Assembly: GCA_973895155.1 (NCBI GenBank)
Contig: OZ316893.1
Location: 11,227,660-11,291,659, forward strand
Origin: Marsupella aquatica
Taxonomy: Eukaryota > Plantae > Marchantiophyta
DNA length: 64,000 nt
Direction of reading: 5' to 3'
Within the stretch, counting starts at the first letter, position 1; every line of letters begins with the position of its first letter. The position numbers were made by a program, and so were the translations under genes. Positions 36,288-48,953 of this stretch are shown one piece after another. The notes under the pieces are model-generated. The model was given only the letters and a program-made list of their open reading frames with translations. It made no database searches and was not told where the DNA came from.

Positions 36288-37944
36288 AAGGAAGCCATTC
36301 TGTGTTCAAAAAGAGATTATTATCGACAATTTAAAGGAAAGAGAGATTTATAATGTTAAACTGGCAGAAGTCAGTTAGATCACAAAATTCTTGACATTAG
36401 ATTAATTACCATACAAGCTTGAATTACCTCCAGAATCATACTTGGATGACCTCAAGAATCAAGGATACCATCCAATCAAATTATCATACAAGGAATATCC
36501 AGTATTTGAGAGAAATACCACACAAAAGCTAAGAAGGTTGTGACCAAATTTCTCAAACACTATGGATGTGATTAGTAGATTTTGCTACACCAGATATGAG
36601 ATTCCTGACCAAAATTCCTGCAAGAAAGAAGGGCATGTCACCTAATTGGAAGACATATGGTTGCCATGAGTCAAAGCTAGTAAACCAGTGAACTCAAGAT
36701 GAATGGGACCCCTCAAGCATCCCTTTGTGCTGCCCGGCCAAGCCCACACTCTTTTCAGCCATAAACTCTTCCTAATTAAGTGTCAATAGCTCTTTGTGTA
36801 CTCCATGTGGATGGAGTAGTATGTTGTGAGATCATCCCTGCAAGCAAAGTATGATTTTAAAGATAAAAATAACTTTAGTTAGTGAATCATAGCTTTGCTA
36901 TACTAAAGCTGTTTTAGTTGCAATGTCACCTTTGATCCACTAGGTACATGGCTTGTAAAGAATTTGAGCTAAGACAAAAGATTTGTTGCTTGGATCTAGT
37001 GCTCTGGATCCTTTGCAACATATAAGGAAAATAGTCACAATTTATCTCACAAAAGGGACAAAGCAGCCAGCATGGACCATACCTTGTGACACATAACTCA
37101 TATGTACCACTGCAACCCATATTGCCCCATTTGAATTTATTTTTGAACTCAAATAAAATCTTTCCTTGGTGCAAATTCTCACACTTGGAGATCTTGAAAG
37201 CTTCTTAGTCCATCCAAGTTTCACAATCAAACATCATGGTCCACCTGAGCACCTCGAAAAATTGAATGCAGGCTCCTCACAGTGGCTTTTCCAGTTTTAA
37301 AAACAATAAAACAAACTGAGTTGGTGGACAGAATCAGATCAATCTTCTCGAGTGAAAGCGTTCCGTGTTTCAATCTAATTATGTAATCACAATGTGAAAC
37401 CCACATTGATGCTCTAGAGTGAAGCTTCTATAAATAAGACCTTTTTTTCATTTTGGGGACCCATCAAACAATTCCCTCAAAATAATTTGACCCGTTGACA
37501 AAACTTTGGCAAGTCACCATCCAATTACGTGGCCCAATTACCATTTGCCACACCTTCACTTCCATCCAGAAAAATTTCGGGGGGATTGAAGATCCGTCAT
37601 GGTGTCATCGCTGACGAAAACCCACTCCCTTGTTATCACAATCGTATTCAACAAATTATTGTCCCAAAATTCGCAGAATGATGAGTGATCGAGTGACAAA
37701 AAATATTGTTAGTTCTGTCCACTGTTGAGGAAGTGCCGAGCGCGAGGTGAGCAGAGGCAAGCAAGCAAGGTTCCGTGCTACCACGATCTTGAGGACGAAT
37801 CCGTTGCCTATAGGTATTATTGGTACTGCAGCTCCATTCGGATACGTCCTTTACAAAGATTCTCATACAGTTCTCGTCAGGCATCTGTCGGGCTTTCTCC
37901 TGCATCATGATGAGCTGAGTTCTACGTAATCAATCAAATTTCTG

Positions 37945-38325
37945 CTCTCCTCTGCTCTCCTCCTCCTCTCTCGCTCTCTCTCTCTCTCTGTCTCATCGTC
38001 TCGTCGCACTGACCAAAAAATACGTTGGTGGAAATTACGGTAATTCTCTCTCGGACGAACTTGTGAAGCGACTCAACATCTACTCGAGACAGAGTGGGAG
38101 CAGGCAGTCTGCTTTCGCAGTCTCTCCTTCTGGATTGGACATCAGTTCGTTAACGCATGTCTCACCCGGGATGAACAGCGAAGTGGGGATCCGTGTCCCG
38201 TCCAATCGAATGGCCGCTCCTCTGTAAGTGCGTTCCAACTCTTCTGCTGGCTAGAGTAGCTCTCTCTCTCCCTCGCTCTCTCTCTCTCTGTCTGTCGCTC
38301 TCTCTGTCTGTCTCTCTCTCTCCGA
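37945..38325 (+). repeat. CT/GA microsatellite tracts typical of a plant 5' leader/first intron
   Basis: (CT)n runs at ~37945-37995 and ~38260-38322. GTAAGT donor at 38224 and a TGTAG acceptor at ~38384. Confidence 0.7.
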
Positions 38326-38899
38326 GCCTGTGGGCATCCTCAGCGGATAATACAATTTGCGCTGACCTCTCTTTTCCTCTGTAGCAGCACAGCCCAGGCT
38401 AGAAGCCCAGGGAGAAGGCCCTGATACTGTTGTCGAGCACTTTCATTCACTATTGGTGATCACTAATCCGTTGTCAGTTTTGGCTCCAGTATTGGGATAC
38501 TTTGCTAGACGGCCTGGAAGGGCGTAGCTGCTGCTGGGTGGGTGGTTGGTTGGTTGGTTGGCTGGTACATGAGAGGGGAGGAGAGCCCTTTTGAAGCCAG
38601 AGGTTTCCAGCAGCAAATCAGGGTCCATGAAGTCCTGCAGATTCCTGCTGTTCGCGCAAGGCCATCGAGGGGTTAAGGTGGTGTAGTTGTAGCGCTTGAT
38701 TCGAGATTCGGCGGCCACATGTATGGAATCTGTCGTCAATGGGGCCGAGATGTGGAAAATCTATGTAGAAGTTTGTGATTGATTAGAAGGGTCATCTCGG
38801 TGGCAGGCAGGCAGCGGTGTCCTGTGATCCAGATTCGGAGGACGGAGGGAGGGAGGGAGGAGGAAAACCTCCTTCCCCGAAAAACGGGTCAAGCTGGAA

Positions 38900-39394
38900 G
38901 TGTTCGGATCCAGGAATTTGGGGACTTATGGGGAATCGGGATGGAGTTCAGGGCCGAATATATCATCCGCCAGACTCAGGAGGAAGGAGCCCGTGCAGAG
39001 GCTGGACGAAAGGAGCAGGCCTGGGTCAGTCAGGGTGCCGTTATATTTCGCAAGCGAAGTCTACTCAGGCGGGTCGGGAGAGACGTCCAAATTCAGGACC
39101 CAGATTTCCCAGCACACCAGAGCTCTCACAAGTAGCAGGAGTCTGGCATTGCCTTCGAAGGCCTACCTTGAGCCCATCGTGGAGGAGGACCCCATCATTC
39201 TTCGGCATTTAATGCAGAGCAACCAGGAGTTCGTCGACGCTTCTCTCTTGGCTTCGAGTGCCACCGCCGCCTCCAACTGGAAGGAGCGAGTGAAGAAGCT
39301 CTCGAGGGGCATCTCTGCCAATGCAGCGGTTCGTTACCTCTCGCAGATGAGTAACAAGCGCCGCATTGTGAAGGTGCAACAATCTCCAGCTTAG
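38900..39394 (+). CDS. Probable small uncharacterised protein; start codon unresolved
   Basis: GC-rich open frame downstream of a leader-like CT region, with an LEPIVEED motif and a helical basic C-terminus. First in-frame ATG is only at 39212 (60 aa). Confidence 0.5.
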   Translation: MFGSRNLGTYGESGWSSGPNISSARLRRKEPVQRLDERSRPGSVRVPLYFASEVYSGGSGETSKFRTQISQHTRALTSSRSLALPSKAYLEPIVEEDPIILRHLMQSNQEFVDASLLASSATAASNWKERVKKLSRGISANAAVRYLSQMSNKRRIVKVQQSPA

Positions 39395-42300
39395 AGATTG
39401 ACAGACACAAACTCCCAATTCTCTTGAGATTCCAATTATGCGCAGACATAAAAAAAACACCACTTTCCCTGTGTGGAGTTTCCTTCCCGAAATGGAGACT
39501 TCGTTGAAGCTTTGCAGTTGGAGAGTTCAGATTAAAGGTGAAATGTTACATCAGGGGAGGCATAGGCAGGTCGCAGAGGTGGAGCAATTGGACCCGGCGA
39601 GGGAGGAGGAACGCACGATAAAAATATGTTGGAGTGTTTAGGCTTGAGCCCGAGGTCATCTTGGCGTAGATATATTCCCAGTCAAGTTCGTCGAGGTGGA
39701 GAAACTCACTTCAAAATGTACATATGGATCAGTGCATCATTTGGTGAGGTGGACCTTGAGGTCTAAGGCCGACCGAATCTAAGAGGTCCCCAATTGTGGT
39801 CGCCTTCTCGTAAGTCTTGTGCTTTAATTGATCTGGGAATACTTTGCATGTCAATGTTGTCATCCCAAGGACTACGTTATAATAGCTTTTCTGGTCGTGC
39901 CGATGACATGTCATGTCAGTGAGGTTGATTTGTGTACTGATGGTCTTGAGAATTCTAGCCAGGTCGAATCACAGAGTGATCAACCTAGCGGAACGACATG
40001 GCGTTAGAAAGAAAATATGATCGTGACTTAGTTATTTGCTGCCGTTCTGGAGCATTTCAGGGCCGGGCTCGTGTTAAGTAACTTTTTCTTGCATGCTTCG
40101 TTGGACGTACCTCAGGACTGCCCAAGACGAGGGGTCTTCTTCACATTGCACCGTCTGGGCTCTCTGAAATTATGGCAGTTGATCAATCCCTCTCTCCCCA
40201 TTCTCCACTGCTTCCGGTCGATTTCAATATTGAGCTTATGAATGCAGAAATCCTGTGGCTCAGACCCTGTTTCTGTGAACGCATCGTCACGCCAAAACAA
40301 GCTGAAAATGTAGGTTAAGGTCAGAGGCCGGGGCCAGGTAATGGGGTAAAGCTCGAGGGAAAGTTGTTGAGGCACACTTGTCACGCTTCTGTCTGTCAGG
40401 AGCCTTCGTCGCTCATTCCGTGAAGAATGGTCCGTTCCCCATTCTGCGACATACTCGGGATTGCTTCTCTTTATCCCACCTTTCCAAGTTATAGTGGTGG
40501 TTCGAGTTGAGTATGCCATGGCGGCTTGGCAACGATCGAATGCGAATCTTCCATTTTTGGCCGATGTGCCTCGATTTTGTTGCTAACTAGTCGTCGTAGG
40601 TTCAGCGACTGCTGCAAACCAGATTTATTATAAACATTTCTATATTTGGTTCGCCTTCCGGATTTCGGCGGATGACGTAGAGGTGTATGCTTCGCTGGTC
40701 AGTCAAACAACCAAACAGGTCTAAAATATCTTTATCGACGATTCCTGCGAGCTGGAAGTTAAGTATGGACTGTTGTTGATCATTCTAGCGTTTCCTCATC
40801 TGTGAGTAGTTGGTAAAGGTGCTTTGGAGAACTGGGAAATGTTCTACATTCTTGGAAGGGATCCGAAGTCAGTTTCGCATGATACGGAACGAAAAGCAAA
40901 AGTGGCATTGGCACGAGTATACAGTAAAGCCTCCTGTAGCTTTTAATTGGTCTCTCTTTTGGTCAAACTCCGTGATGTATCACGTAGAGTCCTTGACAAC
41001 GACAAACATTACGGATATCTGGCGCTGATGGTGGACTGATCCAGCCAGTGAAAGACGGACTAATAGATTTGACCAATGATGCATCTTGTGGCCTTCACAA
41101 TCAGGTTGAACAATGGTTATCACGTTCTAATTTGAGCCAGTCCTAACCTAGCGTATCAGGAGCTTATCCCAAGCAAGGCACTGCCAAACACCGGCGCTTC
41201 ATGGAGTCGCGAATTGAAGAATGCAAATGTTAGCTCTGGTGCTTGTTTGGCCGTGCATAGTTTGATTTACTGAGGTATCAGTGTCGGATTTCCTTTTTGC
41301 AAGGCTTGTCATACTGTACCAACCTTGATTTTGCCAGTCATTGCGTGCCCAAGATGAATACACCTTCAGTACATTTGCTTCGATCTTCCTTAATTGCATC
41401 TTAACATATCTCTCTCGCTGCCGATTGAACTCTAGGGTCATCAGAATTGGCAGCTCACCCATCAGTGTGTGGGAATGAGTCAGACTGGCATGGCTGGCTA
41501 GCTCAGTGATTGTCAGTGATTGTTGCGTTTTTGCATTTCTTTGTGCCTGCGTCATAGATCGATCCTATCCAAATCTCTTATCAGAGGAGCTTCTGCGGAG
41601 ATGCAGCAGTGTAATTTTGTGAGCTCCGGGGCTGAGATTACCGTCGAGGGTGGAGGAAGTAAAGCTTTATAATGTGATACTGGAACTTGCTTCATCAAAG
41701 TAGCTCAATGAAAGGAACGCCATAACAAGCGCATAAAAGCACAATGAAAGCAACGTCAGAAGAATTTTCAGCAAATTTTCCTTGCGACTCATTTCTTTTC
41801 CTTTTCTTGACCAGAATTAGTACCCAACGCGCAGTAGGTCCTCACCTAGCCCTCCCGCAGTTGTTAATGAGAGTTCTTCATCCCACCATGCGGATTCATG
41901 ATGCCTCCGATCCCCAGGCCACATCTGACCATACAATTGGAATGCACCAGCTTCTGGGTTAGAGCTCATCCTTCAGTCAGTCGATTGGGAATTCTCACTT
42001 TGTTTAATGCAACACATGTGATTGAGCTGGTGGATACGTTCTTGATTGGCTAAATGGATTACGCTCAAGTACACTTTAGGGAAAGCAAACTTGCAAAGGT
42101 TATCTATACACGATGCACGGGACCAAACCACTGCCAAAGTTGGAATGAGTATTTCACAAACCGTACAATGGATACACTCAAATTGCCCATCTTACCAAAC
42201 GTCCATGGCAAATAAATCTCAGAATGTTGTACACCTTCACGTTGGCAACCGAAAGGTACCTTACTGCATGATGGCACGAGGGACATGCGGACCGTAGTGA

Positions 42301-43862
42301 AATGTTCATTCGTCCGAATCCTCACGAGCTGCCGAAGGTACCTTTTCCGCTCGAAAGTACTGGAATCTGCAGAAATTGAGGAAGCTTTGGGTTGGAGGGC
42401 CCAGAGAGAAAGGATGCTTGCCCCCTTTTCACCAAGAAAATAGTCCAACGAGCCTTCCTTTTGGAGTAGTTGATGGAAATTGATAGCCAGATGCAGCCGG
42501 TTGAGAATGTTTGACTGTGAAGTCTATGAAGTCAAATATTGATCTTCCCAGTCCTAGTGATTCAGTTGGACAATGAGATTCGGTCGGGGATTGTGTCATC
42601 ATGATAGGCACGCCTGGCACGACAGGGACCAATATTAGGATCACTAAGCAAGAGTCTTTGTCAGCAAAGAACCCCAGAAATCAGGCGTGGGCACCATGTG
42701 AATGCAATAAAGCATTATTGACGTTGTGGGCTCGTTCTAACCAGTACAAATAAAAGTTCAGGATAGTTTTCTCTTCCCTCTTAAGTCTAAGGGAGAATGT
42801 GGGCACTATGATGGTGATGTTGAAAGATGGACATTGTCGAACGTCATGTCTAACGATTGCATACAGTGTTGAAATTTGAACTGCAGTCAAACTATGGGAA
42901 TATATGTTGAAATATTTAGCCACAAGGAGGAAGCTGGAGAAGACTATTAGAGTGACAGAGCTATACCTTCAAAATATTGAACAGAAATGGTACGCACATG
43001 AAGCACGTGTTAGGGCTCACTTCTTCGTGGACAACTGATGGTGGATGATGATGACGTTAAGTCCAATCCGACCTAGGCCCGCATTTGTGCTCTGCACTCA
43101 TGGCAACAGACGTGAGATAAGTTTTGGAACATCCCCATCTCCTTGAAGACTAGTCATCGAGTTGAATTTAAGTACTACGGAATTAGGGAACTCCAATCGT
43201 CCAATCCTATCTCATCACCCACCTAATAAGACTGTACCACAGTCCTCAGGACAGGCTTTTGTAACTGCGTTGGTTCGTCCTGATAGAATGATCATGCGCC
43301 AAATTTTCGAGTCGGCCTGCCAACCGGCAGCTCTGGTGATGTGACCCCCCAAGCGTTTCTTTGTGTCATGATTATAATGCTGTCGAATGACTCGAAGCCT
43401 ACATCATCATGTGACCAAGCTCTAGATAATCGTCTCCCATGGTTTCGGTGTTTGTCGGCCGACGGATCCTGAGCACTCAGACGGGTGTGGCGGCACTAGG
43501 AATGTATGTAACAGATTCAAATAATTGGTGGGTTTTAGAATATATGATCGAATCGGACTGTAGTTAGCGTATCAGAATCGACATTGAAGTATATCTAATC
43601 TGATTCGGAGAGAGATCGCGTAAATTAGAAATTTAGAAAGATGGAGGTATTGAGTGTTCTTTTTCCTCCAAGAACACCAATTCCTCCAAGGTGCGCTTAA
43701 AGATATTTTTCTCGCATTCCAGAGGAAATGCTTTGGAGTGATTTGTAGATAGCATCTCCACGACTCAAGCAAAGTCAAAGCACTTCCCAATGATAGTCTT
43801 CCACTATACACCATCAACAGACGGTCGGCGTACGGAGCCCAATAAGTGAGCTTTCCAATGAG

Positions 43863-43955
43863 ACCAGTGCATGGTAAGTAATCTGCTTCGAGTCAAGTCC
43901 AAGTAAAATAGTTACCAGTGCATGGTAAGTAATCTGCTTCGAGTCAAGTCCAAGT
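43863..43955. repeat. ~51-bp tandem duplication
   Basis: ACCAGTGCATGGTAAGTAATCTGCTTCGAGTCAAGTCCAAGT occurs twice. Confidence 0.9.
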
Positions 43956-46900
43956 TCAATAGTTGGTGACCATTTTACAGATGCTCTCTGACTATTTCGT
44001 TTAGCTCTCCGGGGTCCAGGACATAATTTATGAAGCCCGATTTTCTCCATTCCTTTCTTCTCGCCCTTGGAAAAACGACATGAAAGTCTATGAAATACAT
44101 GAGCGAGACACTTCAAAACACACCAAACTGAACAGTGGAAATCTCTTCAGAACCTGGCCCTCGGGAAAATTGATGAGGTCAAGCCCCAGCGGAAAAACAT
44201 CTTTGCTTCACTTCAGATGCGTGAACGTGCGGATTAGAAGCGGAAATTAAGAAACCTCTTATTGAACAAGTCTCTCAGGCCACATTTGGTCACCTCAACA
44301 ATGTATGGATCACCTCAACAATGTATGGATCACCCGGACCGCCTGCAGACTTCAACTTGGATCCATCTTAAGTTATAAAAATTTATATCAATCATCGAGC
44401 GATGCCTTCTTTCAACGAGTCGGTACCCTTTCGTTCGATCCAGTCTCAAGATAGTTTCACGCAGCTGAACGATATTTACTCCTCCTTCCTGAAGCGATTT
44501 AAATCACTATCGGGTGAACATTTGACAGACAGATTCGTCCTTCGACTGGAGTCAAGAACGACACTACCCTACACATTTACAGTTCTTAATCCATAGGAAA
44601 ACAGAAATTTTAGATTCACACTCAACCACTTGTGTTCCGCTGGTGGGAACATCTCAAACTGAAACTCTATAGCTGGAGATGACGAACTTGTCTGAGATGA
44701 AGTCACGGGAAATGTTTGTCAACGTTCACCTTCAAATGTGCACTTCTGTGCATAAATTGCATCCATCCGAGCTGCTATTTTCTAGGGGACAAGTGTGAAA
44801 AGCAGTGAATCTACTGCCACATAATACATAAGTGCTACGAGAACTATGAATTCCGCGGTTTTTCAATTCACACTGTTATCATTATAAATAACACAAAATC
44901 GTTGAGCTTTGTAAGAAAAACTTATGATCAAATCAAACAAATGAATTTTTTGATTTCATACCTCCTCGACTACGTTACTACTTCGGTACCCACCATATCT
45001 CGTCCACAACCAATCGCTCCGATAAAGGACTTAATCACCAAAGCCTTGGAACTTGGATACGAGTGTCCGCCAAAGGAGGAGTTTGGCCATTGTTATGACT
45101 ATCCAACCTTCCAGTCTGACGAATAATCTAATAGCGACTCTCGAAGCTTCCAAGTTGCCGATGCTTGGCCATAAACAAATTGTAATAAGTTTTTCACAGG
45201 AATATGTAAAAGAATTTTAAAAATAGGACTTTTTTCTCACTAGCCTCTACGATGGCTTATGGTCATGACAATTAATAATCTTTTATGGCAAAATGTTGTG
45301 GATTTTGAAAATGGAAGCCATAACTTTTCATGTCTGTAACCTTAACTTCCAAGTTAAGGTCCAGTCCATCAAATGAAAGCTTTGGGAGGCCCCAATACAT
45401 CCTCCACCTGACATTTAGGAGGATGCTACTGGATCTTTACTTCTATAGTAATGCCCAGACAGAGCATTATGGGCTATCACTCCTGACTCAAGAGACTATG
45501 GCTTTGGCTTGAGTGTTGAGGGAACTACCAAATTTGGAACCACAAAATTTGTTCTCCATGTCTTTTCGGTAACTATGAGCATTTTTCGTTAGAGTAAGTT
45601 ATTATAAAGCTACTGTAGTGGGGAAAACCCCAGTTCATATATTTTAACAGTGCATTTTTTCAAAGAACAAGAACCATTTAATGGTTTGCTCAATGCTTGG
45701 ATTGCACTAGGGTAAACTGCTCATTGCATTTAGTGTGAGCAAATAATTAATGTTACATCCAAATTCTTGTTAGTCAGTAAGACTAACTGACATCAATTCC
45801 ATATCCCTAGTGTTAACATTTCAAAGATGCAGTCAGAAGGACATTGTTGCCCCTATGAACGGGACTGACGACAGTGACCTGGCTTATGTAGTACATAACT
45901 CAATGCCAAAATTGAGTTATTCTCCTGCTTTTTCTGGTTTTTTTTTTTCATGTTAGAGATGATGGAGACAGTGAAATCTTTACATCAACATCCTTACAAT
46001 TTTTCTAAAACGTACATCTAAAGAATTTCTTTAAGGTTTCAGAATCATTCTAAATATTTTGAGTGTTTTTTGCAATAACCTGGATGGCACTATTATGGTA
46101 ACTCTAATGTCAGAAGTGGTCTAGTAGACAATATACTTCTGTTGTCCTTGTCTCCTTGTATTTTATGTATGGCCCTGCAATTCTGGCCCGGGGATTATGA
46201 CATTTTAGCCCCTCTGCTAGCTTGCTTAGATGGTTATCCAATTTAGGGCATGATTTTCAGGTAAAAAGTAGGGCAAGATTACACTCGGAGCTTAGTCAAT
46301 CCATGGCTGTAGCGTCCTCGAGCTGTCCCTCGGGTCATGGGTTAGACAATACATTCTCAAAAATTCTTTTGAGGTTTCACAATTGCTCTTGGAAGAATTT
46401 TGGGAGTTGGGTGCATTTTCTTTTCATGTTGTTGCGCTAGCCTGGATGGCTCTAAGCCAATTCTAACGTCAGAAGTTGTTTTAATTAATGGACACATTTC
46501 CGCGCTAATAAGTAGGGTGCTGCAAAATCGTGCACGGATCTCACGTTCAGGTGATTTGTTTAGTGTCACAGAAATGGCGAATAGTGCCTCCCCTAGCCGC
46601 GCATATCGTGCCGGTTCAAACAAGCGCACGCGTCAAAATATAGGCATCCATTAATCATCAAACAAAGGGCACTGATTCCATGTGCGCCCTCTATCTGATG
46701 ACGCGAGTCCTCCCTGCCCAACGGCACAATCGACTCGACGGCCTTTCGTCACAAAATCAGAATCTACGGTGAGATGGTGTGCACACTTTGAAAGCGTGGA
46801 ATTTCGGCCGTGGATTCCTTCCCGCCAATGGAGGCCGGACCCGGCAGTGGCGGACTGCGTCGGTGACGGTACAGTCGTAGTACTGTCCCCGAAACGTACG

Positions 46901-48953
46901 CTATAATCAAATTGCGACGGTGAATCTTTGATTAGTTTGAAATTTGTTAGCGGTACTATTTAATGCAGTGTAAGTACTCGTTGGTACCATGCTTAAATTG
47001 ATATTATATAACAAAATATTATATGATACACGTGTATAGCAACTCTGGGCCATAACGCAAGGAAAAATGGAAGTTAGGCTGGTTTTTGGAGAGGTAATTA
47101 TTATTATCAGCCACTATAATGAGGTTTCCAGTCAAAATCTCTCCTTTCATTGTCTTTGTCAATTTAATGAAGGCTGAGCATAATTGTGGAGAGGTTACTA
47201 TGGGCCATTATAATACGGGATCCTGTCAAAATCTCTCTTTCCTACTTTTACAAAATTGAAAAAGGAATGAACCAACAACTGCTTTGAGATGTACTCGGGT
47301 GTCTTTGACTTGTTTGAAACACTTTGATTAAATGCTCAATGGATATACTTGCTTCCACAAACAACGTACATATGCTGGGTATCTAACATTAGCCACTATT
47401 AGTGAAGTGCATCCGTCTGAGAACTATTCTGAGTTTTGCTGTGGAGGAGAGAAATTTTATTTTTTCATTGGGATGAAAATTTATCCCTGGGTTCACCTTG
47501 CATTATGTGAAGGCACCATATTTTTCATTTTTGTCAATTTTTTGGGTCTCCTCTCCTGTGTCCTCCCTTCCACTCTCCTCTATGCCTATGCTTTTCTTCA
47601 CTTTTTAAATCATGTTAGAGAGAGGGGGTGTGGGGGAGGGAGAGTGGAAGGAGAGAGTGGGACGGCACAAAAGAGGACAAAAACGAGCAATATTCTTCTA
47701 CCTCCATGTGGCACTAATTTTAAAATATTCTACCTCCATGTGGCAGTAATGTGGGAAATTTTGCACTAATCTATTACATTAAACAAACATCAAAATGATT
47801 TATTTTCGTGATACACTGTTCATTGCAAGGGGGGTGGAGCGACGGCCGTTCGGGACCGTCGGAATAGTGCCCCGTCAACGGCATCAACGGGAGGAAGAAG
47901 CCGGCGAACTAGCGGGGAAGAAGACGATGACAAGAACTAGTCCTATTGTGCATCATTCCCCGGCGACTGAGCTCCAGAATGATGCTCGAGGCTCCGCCGA
48001 GAAAGCACGATCTCACTGCAGCAGCCCCGTGCAAAAACTCCAGTGGGCAAATTCCAGGCGAGGTGCACCCAAATTCAAAGCGCGGGACTAGCCAGTAAAA
48101 GCTGATGCGTTTGGAATTGGCAGCCAAATTTCGACTTCGTTGCTCAATTGGTTTCTCAATCTGCTTCCCAGAGAACGCGGATCGAGGACCCAGGTTCGGA
48201 CTGATGGGATTGCGGCAGCAAGCAGGCACTCCTGGCGTTCCTTCACATTGACACGTTCTACTGATTGGAGCTGTGGTCCCTCTCTCTCTCTCTCTCTGCA
48301 GGCGGAGACGAGGAGATGGTGTGAGAAATTGAGCTTCTTGCAGGATCCATCTTTGGTAGCTAGTCTAGGTGCTGCTGTTCTCCCGCAAAGGTTGCTGTGG
48401 TACTACGAATTCTCATTCTGGCCCTGTTTCGGGATTGATGGTTGCAATTGTTTCGTGAGACTAGTTAGGCCGCCTGAGGCAGGAAGGCAGGCTGCTGCTT
48501 AGTGGGAAGCTCTACAGCAACGAGCAGGATCTGGGTTCTTCATGAAGAGATCGAATTCGTGAACTGGATCGGAGGCGGTCCTTTTTCCGAGGATCTCACG
48601 CTTGGAAACTTTGTTAAATTGGGTCTGGTGGATGCACTGTAGAGACGGCCAACCGAGAAGAGACGGGACAGGATTTTGCGGTTCCTAGGAGCCCATCGAG
48701 AGTTGCTTCGTAAATGTGTTCAGATCTCAGTTGTAGCCCCTCTTCCGATCTTTCTTGTAGCGAATTGTCAAAATTCTACCTGGAAATAGTTTTCGAGGAG
48801 TCGGGACGAGCAGTTGACTTCATATCTAGAGTCCCTCATAATCTCTGGTGGGACCGTTGACGCTTCCCGATTGAGTGACAACCTCTGACAATTTGTTCTC
48901 AGTGTGAGTATTCGGAGCTCTGTTGTGGATCAAGTTTACAAGTAGGAGTCGGG

